64,000 bases of DNA from Podarcis gaigeae (Eukaryota): the NCBI GenBank assembly GCA_964106915.2, contig OZ066915.1. One strand, written 5' to 3'. The translations under genes were made by a program, and so were the position numbers. Positions 62,301 through 64,000 of the stretch are shown here, in pieces. Numbering within the stretch: position 1 is the first letter of the stretch; each line of letters opens with the position of its first letter. Under the pieces are notes generated by a model that saw only the letters and a list, made by a program, of their open reading frames with translations, ran no database searches and was not told the DNA's origin.

Positions 62301-63646
62301 GCGAAGCTAGTGCATAGGACAAGTTTCTGGCCCACCCACCACTGACATGCAACCCCTGGAAGGTTCCCCACAAAGAAATGTTGCCATCAGGCTGAAAAAG
62401 GGTCCCCAGCCTTGGCCAACTAGGTGATAAAAAGCAGGGTTTCAGTGCAGAAGCAACTGAGTCTAAGTTACACAATGAAGTGACATTTTTACCTGAGCAC
62501 TTAGCTGTGGAAACAACCTGGTGGCCAAATCTCCAGCTTCCAGGGCCTCTGACACTTCTTTTGTCCAGAACGTCTGACATCCGGCAATGGTCACCTGGCC
62601 TGGCCAATCTAAGACCCATGTAGTCCGTGGTGTCTTTATTAAAAACATATGGCCTTAATATTAAATACAATGGAGAACTCCCCCCCCCCCCAGTTTCATC
62701 ACTGTTTAAAGTATAATAGCTGTTTATGACAAAAGTTCCAGCCCTAGATCACCCTGTCCTTCTCTATGCCCTGCTATACTCTCTGAGCTCGGCTATGCTG
62801 CTTTTTGAGTTTTTCCATATGTAAGCCAAGGTAAGGCAAAAGACACCATCAACCATGGAATTCTCTTTAGCAGAAGCTTCCCAAATCCTGGCACCTCTTT
62901 TTCCAGAAAAAAAGCCCTGGCCTTACATATTGCATTGTTTCCAAAATATTGTCACCAGGTTTAAAAAATCCAATGCGTAAGTTAGGGTACAGACTGCCTA
63001 CTGTGCCAATCATTTGGCTTACAGGCAACAACCGATGAACATGAGTCCAACTGAAAAGGTCACTAAAAGGGCAGAACGGGGGTGGAACAGGGGCAGAACA
63101 GAACAGAGGGCACTTATATGCACTCCGCCACCACATGGGGGCATGGAACAGAACCCCCACACAAAATGGTTGTTGACTGCACTTCTGCAATCCCTAACAG
63201 GATAATGCATTCCAAGAATAATCTAGATGATGAAAGAATGCTGATCCCAAAATAGACAAGACTACAAGACACAAGTAGGAATGCAGTTATATGCACCATT
63301 AAGATCCAAGCATACAAATGGAAAGCCAGAGGATTATTAGAAATATATTTCAAAGATCCGTCAGCAGAGATTGCTGTCCACTGGTTTTTAAGATGAAGCA
63401 TCCCAAACCCACAAACAAGTTCCATTTCTTAAGTGAAATTGACATAGTTCTATGAAAGACACTTACCTTTGGATAAACCTTGATGGACCTTTCAATGTTG
63501 TCCCGCACACTGGCCCTCATGATCCTCTCAACTTCCAGCAACCAGTCTTCCACATTGCCAGTAGGATAAATGGGAGAGAAAAGTTTTACTTCTTCCCCTT
63601 CTGCAGAATACATGTGTGTAATTTGGAGATCTTCCTGAAAGTGCAG
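29..63646 (-). CDS. DNAH1: Dynein axonemal heavy chain 1 (partial, 53 coding exons in the window; both ends outside)
   Basis: Exons splice in consistent phase into 8352 nt with no stop. Walker A motifs GPAGTGKT (AAA1), GPTGSGKT (AAA2), GPTGTGKT (AAA3) and GVGGSGRQ (AAA4), plus stalk and MTBD. Peptides follow human DNAH1 as recalled, e.g. [26 protein letters not shown] and [35 protein letters not shown]. Confidence 0.96.
580..724 (-). CDS. DNAH1: DNAH1 exon
   Basis: [26 protein letters not shown]...WNSK; AG/GT. Confidence 0.93.
1283..1413 (-). CDS. DNAH1: DNAH1 exon
   Basis: [10 protein letters not shown]...[19 protein letters not shown]; AG/GT. Confidence 0.93.
2134..2304 (-). CDS. DNAH1: DNAH1 exon
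   Basis: [28 protein letters not shown]...REE; AG/GT. Confidence 0.93.
2731..2907 (-). CDS. DNAH1: DNAH1 exon (AAA6 lid)
   Basis: [22 protein letters not shown]...YDLN; AG/GT. Confidence 0.93.
3920..4099 (-). CDS. DNAH1: DNAH1 exon
   Basis: [35 protein letters not shown]...IPYK; AG/GT. Confidence 0.93.
4372..4542 (-). CDS. DNAH1: DNAH1 exon (GC donor)
   Basis: [11 protein letters not shown]...NSCTK; donor AAG|GCAAGA is needed for a phase-0 join to LTEFK. Confidence 0.9.
5128..5259 (-). CDS. DNAH1: DNAH1 exon (AAA6)
   Basis: [31 protein letters not shown]...NPDK; AG/GT. Confidence 0.93.
6076..6234 (-). CDS. DNAH1: DNAH1 exon (AAA6)
   Basis: [11 protein letters not shown]...[12 protein letters not shown]...SLGQGQ; AG/GT. 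Confidence 0.93.
6479..6623 (-). CDS. DNAH1: DNAH1 exon
   Basis: [28 protein letters not shown]...FIEPQ; AG/GT. Confidence 0.92.
6760..6960 (+). repeat. Interspersed repeat, probably a CR1-family 3' UTR; second copy at about 43110-43310
   Basis: Both copies share tggttggccac...gagaa...gatg...ggactag...gggccttt. Confidence 0.55.
7122..7318 (-). CDS. DNAH1: DNAH1 exon
   Basis: [10 protein letters not shown]...NPAPAWL...FDSAEPHR; AG/GT. Confidence 0.92.
8087..8235. other. Assembly gap (run of N)
   Basis: Continuous N run in a DNAH1 intron; the flanking exons join in frame, so no coding exon appears to be lost. Confidence 0.98.
8453..8604 (-). CDS. DNAH1: DNAH1 exon
   Basis: [33 protein letters not shown]...KIDM; AG/GT. 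Confidence 0.93.
9576..9771 (-). CDS. DNAH1: DNAH1 exon
   Basis: [14 protein letters not shown]...[11 protein letters not shown]...ERA; AG/GT. Confidence 0.93.
9870..10095 (-). CDS. DNAH1: DNAH1 exon
   Basis: [20 protein letters not shown]...GEIQ; AG/GT. Confidence 0.93.
10373..10533 (-). CDS. DNAH1: DNAH1 exon (AAA5)
   Basis: [14 protein letters not shown]...LPNPHY...INFTLSP; AG/GT. Confidence 0.93.
11120..11269 (-). CDS. DNAH1: DNAH1 exon (AAA5)
   Basis: ERDSGLD...[30 protein letters not shown]; AG/GT. Confidence 0.93.
11924..12043 (-). CDS. DNAH1: DNAH1 exon (AAA5)
   Basis: [14 protein letters not shown]...[19 protein letters not shown]; AG/GT. Confidence 0.93.
12127..12592. mobile_element. 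Non-autonomous Tc1/mariner (Tc2-like CCGTA ends) MITE, copy 1
   Basis: Perfect 27-bp TIR CCGTATTTTTCGCCCTATAGGACGCAC; TA target duplications at 12125-12126 and 12593-12594; CpG-rich palindromic interior. Confidence 0.88.
13006..13131 (-). CDS. DNAH1: DNAH1 exon
   Basis: [11 protein letters not shown]...[12 protein letters not shown]; AG/GT; 126 nt, phase 0-0. Confidence 0.92.
13620..14265 (-). mobile_element. Degenerate CR1 LINE 3' fragment
   Basis: Resembles the reverse complement of the CR1 RT C-terminal region (e.g. gagaactgtacataatagtcc...tataagggcattatgatattgg); boundaries approximate. Confidence 0.55.
14468..14887. mobile_element. Same MITE family, copy 2
   Basis: 27-bp TIR CCGTATTTTTCGCACCATAGG(G/A)CGCAC with 1 mismatch; TA TSDs; interior homologous to copy 1. 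Confidence 0.88.
15545..15676 (-). CDS. DNAH1: DNAH1 exon (stalk CC2 end)
   Basis: [12 protein letters not shown]...[17 protein letters not shown]; AG/GT. Confidence 0.93.
16143..16334 (-). CDS. DNAH1: DNAH1 exon (stalk CC2)
   Basis: [10 protein letters not shown]...RLGRADK; AG/GT. Confidence 0.93.
16487..16654 (-). CDS. DNAH1: DNAH1 exon (MTBD)
   Basis: [15 protein letters not shown]...[15 protein letters not shown]...EPKR; AG/GT. Confidence 0.93.
18419..18610 (-). CDS. DNAH1: DNAH1 exon (MTBD)
   Basis: [23 protein letters not shown]...DYWEPGK...YDK; AG/GT. Confidence 0.93.
18750..20000 (-). mobile_element. Old L2 LINE fragment
   Basis: Minus-strand remnants TKITDHLL...LVLTPLDL and [14 protein letters not shown] resemble L2 RT motifs (KVTNDLL...LILLDLSAAFD; LVHALIISRLDYCN); L2-type 3' end gacaggtccctgccccaaaggggcttac. 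Confidence 0.7.
20718..21271 (+). mobile_element. Internally deleted (bipartite) BovB/RTE element
   Basis: BovB 5' end (ggatcactgccttgccgtggcgaaggggcttg) is fused at about 20910 to the ORF C-terminus ([16 protein letters not shown]) and 3' end with (CAA)n tail; TSD ATGAGGA at 20711-20717 and 21272-21278. Confidence 0.88.
21445..21811 (-). mobile_element. Sauria SINE (Squam1), full length
   Basis: tRNA-like head with B-box GGTTCGAATCC on the minus strand; (ACCTTT)n tail; 13-bp TSD TCCATGGGGCTTA at 21432-21444 and 21812-21824. Confidence 0.92.
23711..24934 (+). CDS. HAUS3-like coding exon 1
   Basis: 408 codons from the ATG at 23711; donor AAG|GTAGGT; upstream acceptor ctgctccctccag at 23691-23692. 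Confidence 0.9.
23711..27619 (+). CDS. HAUS augmin-like complex subunit 3-like protein (699 aa, 4 coding exons), nested antisense in a DNAH1 intron; probable HAUS3 paralogue
   Basis: Exons of 1224+443+217+216 nt = 2100 nt, in frame, all GT-AG. N-terminus [27 protein letters not shown] resembles recalled HAUS3 GNEFVETLKKIGYPKADNLNGEDFDWLF. Further matches include [43 protein letters not shown] and [10 protein letters not shown]. Confidence 0.9.
25932..26374 (+). CDS. HAUS3-like coding exon 2
   Basis: ctcttctacag|GTG GAG...TTA AG|gtaaag; VEEEKGE...[13 protein letters not shown]. Confidence 0.9.
26923..27139 (+). CDS. HAUS3-like coding exon 3
   Basis: tttcctccttag|G CTG TGG GAG ATG...GCT CAG|gtaagc; [15 protein letters not shown]...NQLMLRAQ. 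Confidence 0.9.
27404..27619 (+). CDS. HAUS3-like coding exon 4 (terminal)
   Basis: ctgttttctacag|GGA CTA GAA...; [71 protein letters not shown]-stop; absent from the ORF track. Confidence 0.88.
   Translation, partial: GLEEPLEQLYTTQAKLYQMLMDTLSDVKAKQKSLRSHFQQTERSLYMHFFTNPEQLKELVQDAEKQTLAFS
28226..28231 (+). terminator. Polyadenylation signal of the nested HAUS3-like gene
   Basis: AATAAA about 600 nt after the stop, followed by a T-rich stretch (cactttaattttaactatttgttt). Confidence 0.6.
29646..29831 (-). CDS. DNAH1: DNAH1 exon (stalk CC1 / MTBD start)
   Basis: [10 protein letters not shown]...[26 protein letters not shown]; AG/GT. Confidence 0.93.
30732..30973. mobile_element. Tigger/pogo-like MITE
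   Basis: TIRs CAGTGGTACCT...AGGTACCACTG, TA TSDs, internal AACCTGAAG repeats. Confidence 0.85.
31164..31274 (-). CDS. DNAH1: DNAH1 exon (stalk CC1)
   Basis: [15 protein letters not shown]...MEQIQ; AG/GT. Confidence 0.92.
33044..33235 (-). CDS. DNAH1: DNAH1 exon
   Basis: [11 protein letters not shown]...[14 protein letters not shown]...SGLDK; AG/GT. Confidence 0.93.
33546..33717 (-). CDS. DNAH1: DNAH1 exon (AAA4)
   Basis: [25 protein letters not shown]...QGM; AG/GT. Confidence 0.93.
34420..34628 (-). CDS. DNAH1: DNAH1 exon (AAA4)
   Basis: [23 protein letters not shown]...NIHTVLCM; AG/GT. Confidence 0.93.
35340..35378. repeat. (ATT)n microsatellite
   Basis: About 12 tandem ATT units. Confidence 0.95.
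35891..36026 (-). CDS. DNAH1: DNAH1 exon (AAA4)
   Basis: [15 protein letters not shown]...FLFTDTQ; AG/GT. Confidence 0.92.
36075..36635. mobile_element. Non-autonomous hAT transposon containing a BovB fragment
   Basis: 12-bp TIR CATAGCTGTCAA / TTGATAGCTATG; 8-bp TSD ATGTTAAT / ATGCTAAT; subterminal GTCCCTTATT repeats. Confidence 0.8.
37686..37882 (-). CDS. DNAH1: DNAH1 exon (AAA4 P-loop)
   Basis: LMHVIEEY...[22 protein letters not shown]; AG/GT. Confidence 0.93.
38985..39215 (-). CDS. DNAH1: DNAH1 exon
   Basis: [22 protein letters not shown]...EREK; AG/GT. Confidence 0.93.
40270..40448 (-). CDS. DNAH1: DNAH1 exon (AAA3 lid)
   Basis: GCPQVQDL...[23 protein letters not shown]...KIM; AG/GT. 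Confidence 0.93.
41748..41786 (-). CDS. DNAH1: DNAH1 39-nt microexon
   Basis: tttag|CT GGA CGT CTA GGA GAA GTA TGT TAC AGA GAG CCA GTT C|gtaagt gives (A)[12 protein letters not shown](P), matching recalled human DGLLGEKSYRERVP. Confidence 0.88.
41900..42073 (-). CDS. DNAH1: DNAH1 exon (AAA3)
   Basis: [32 protein letters not shown]...NWM; AG/GT. Confidence 0.93.
42250..42407 (-). CDS. DNAH1: DNAH1 exon (AAA3 Walker B)
   Basis: [40 protein letters not shown]...; AG/GT. Confidence 0.93.
42975..43099 (+). mobile_element. Squam3-type tRNA-derived SINE with CR1-like 3' end
   Basis: tggctcagttagttagagc (A box), ggttcaatcc (B box), 3' end gtcccttccaactctacaattctatga. Confidence 0.75.
43783..43943 (-). 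CDS. DNAH1: DNAH1 exon (AAA3 Walker A; GC donor)
   Basis: [14 protein letters not shown]...[20 protein letters not shown](R); donor AG|GCAAAA. Confidence 0.9.
44683..44823 (-). CDS. DNAH1: DNAH1 exon
   Basis: VCWENWMDF...[11 protein letters not shown]...NHKP; AG/GT. Confidence 0.92.
45530..45875 (-). mobile_element. Sauria SINE (Squam1), second copy or subfamily
   Basis: Homologous to 21445-21811 (ggattcgaaccgccgacctt, ctttcgaactgctaggt), with ACCTTT tail. Confidence 0.88.
45995..46138 (+). mobile_element. Squam3-type tRNA(Lys-like)-derived SINE
   Basis: tagagcatgagactcttaatctcagggttgtgggtttgagaccc head plus CR1 tail ccttccaactctacagttctatgattctat. Confidence 0.78.
46372..46476 (-). CDS. 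DNAH1: DNAH1 exon
   Basis: [16 protein letters not shown]...[11 protein letters not shown]; AG/GT. Confidence 0.9.
46755..46913 (-). CDS. DNAH1: DNAH1 exon
   Basis: GMKRIPPEK...[18 protein letters not shown]...DEK; AG/GT. Confidence 0.92.
47357..47476 (-). CDS. DNAH1: DNAH1 exon
   Basis: [14 protein letters not shown]...[17 protein letters not shown]; AG/GT. Confidence 0.92.
48416..48610 (-). CDS. DNAH1: DNAH1 exon (AAA2)
   Basis: [26 protein letters not shown]...FLE; AG/GT. Confidence 0.93.
48905..49082 (-). CDS. DNAH1: DNAH1 exon (AAA2)
   Basis: TDGIL...[29 protein letters not shown]...TE; AG/GT. Confidence 0.93.
50333..50487 (-). CDS. DNAH1: DNAH1 exon (AAA2)
   Basis: [12 protein letters not shown]...[22 protein letters not shown]; AG/GT. 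Confidence 0.93.
51053..51144 (-). CDS. DNAH1: DNAH1 exon (AAA2 Walker A)
   Basis: [30 protein letters not shown]; AG/GT. Confidence 0.93.
52344..52530 (-). CDS. DNAH1: DNAH1 exon
   Basis: [17 protein letters not shown]...SDLFP...KDVD; AG/GT. Confidence 0.93.
53147..53233 (-). CDS. DNAH1: DNAH1 exon (GC donor)
   Basis: [29 protein letters not shown]; donor GAG|GCAAGT. Confidence 0.91.
53785..53934 (-). CDS. DNAH1: DNAH1 exon (AAA1)
   Basis: [26 protein letters not shown]...EQLSSQ; AG/GT. Confidence 0.93.
55021..55134 (-). CDS. DNAH1: DNAH1 exon (AAA1 sensor I)
   Basis: VDRFMFEG...[19 protein letters not shown]; AG/GT. Confidence 0.93.
56991..57096 (-). CDS. DNAH1: DNAH1 exon (AAA1 Walker B)
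   Basis: [35 protein letters not shown]; AG/GT. Confidence 0.93.
57795..57983 (-). CDS. DNAH1: DNAH1 exon (AAA1 Walker A)
   Basis: [32 protein letters not shown]...KGLA; AG/GT. Confidence 0.94.
59690..59930. mobile_element. Tigger/pogo-like MITE (related to 30732-30973)
   Basis: TIRs CAGTGGTGCCTC...GAGGTACCACTG, TA TSDs. Confidence 0.83.
60165..60295 (+). mobile_element. L2-type LINE fragment
   Basis: Encodes [25 protein letters not shown], similar to the L2 ORF2 C-terminal LDYCN...LQLVQNAAA motif. Confidence 0.65.
60390..60503 (-). CDS. DNAH1: DNAH1 exon
   Basis: YYWTRDDL...[20 protein letters not shown]; AG/GT. Confidence 0.93.
61354..61517 (-). CDS. DNAH1: DNAH1 exon (linker)
   Basis: [12 protein letters not shown]...[11 protein letters not shown]...DFEWISQLR; AG/GT. 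Confidence 0.93.
61700..62225 (+). mobile_element. CR1 LINE 3' fragment
   Basis: gccttggtcagaccccacttggagtactgtgtc ([11 protein letters not shown]) through the 3' tail gtcccttgcaaccctacaattctgtgat. Confidence 0.88.
62493..62633 (-). CDS. DNAH1: DNAH1 exon (linker)
   Basis: [24 protein letters not shown]...SAQ; AAG acceptor, GT donor. Confidence 0.91.
63467..63646 (-). CDS. DNAH1: DNAH1 exon (linker)
   Basis: [20 protein letters not shown]...[10 protein letters not shown]...YPK; AG/GT. Confidence 0.92.
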
Positions 63647-64000
63647 CTAGTGAGAGGAAGCACAGCATGAGAAGCCAAGTAGGAAAATTACCCTACTTTG
63701 CACAAGGCTGTAGATTCACTGTTGTGTGGGATCCAAAGCATGCATGCATATATAACTTCACTGCCCTAAATTCAAACCCCTTGAAGCTCACTCTGCAAAT
63801 GTTCATTAACTTACTAGATGTTGATTCATATACAAAGGCATATATTTCAATATATAAGCACTTTGCTAGTTAAAGATGCTGGATTAAAAGGTCACATAAG
63901 TATTCTCTACATCTAACAGGAAGAGACGACGCAGTATGGTAATATGCCTCCTTATTAATCTCATTCAGCCTGAAAAAGAAGGGGCATAGGTACCAAAAAG

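Overview
This is vertebrate genomic DNA from a squamate, probably a lacertid lizard (Sauria/Squam1 and Squam3 SINEs, BovB, CR1 and L2 LINEs, Tc/mariner and hAT MITEs). The whole window lies inside the axonemal dynein heavy chain gene DNAH1 on the minus strand. I traced 53 coding exons (63646 down to 29) that join in one open frame of 8352 nt (2784 codons), covering the linker, AAA1-4, stalk/MTBD, AAA5-6 and part of the C-terminal domain. Both gene ends are outside the window. Three of the 52 introns use GC donors, and one exon is a 39-nt microexon. The main find is a second, intact gene nested antisense in the largest DNAH1 intron (18611-29645). It has four + strand coding exons (23711-24934, 25932-26374, 26923-27139, 27404-27619) and an AATAAA at 28226. 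It encodes a 699-aa divergent HAUS3 (augmin subunit 3)-like protein with an insertion of about 90 aa and a basic N-terminal extension. Canonical HAUS3 sits in POLN, so this looks like a separate, intron-containing paralogue. Notable mobile elements are a pair of young Tc2-like MITEs built from palindromes that bracket a DNAH1 exon, an internally deleted bipartite BovB, and a hAT element carrying a BovB fragment. All homology calls come from remembered sequences, not database searches.
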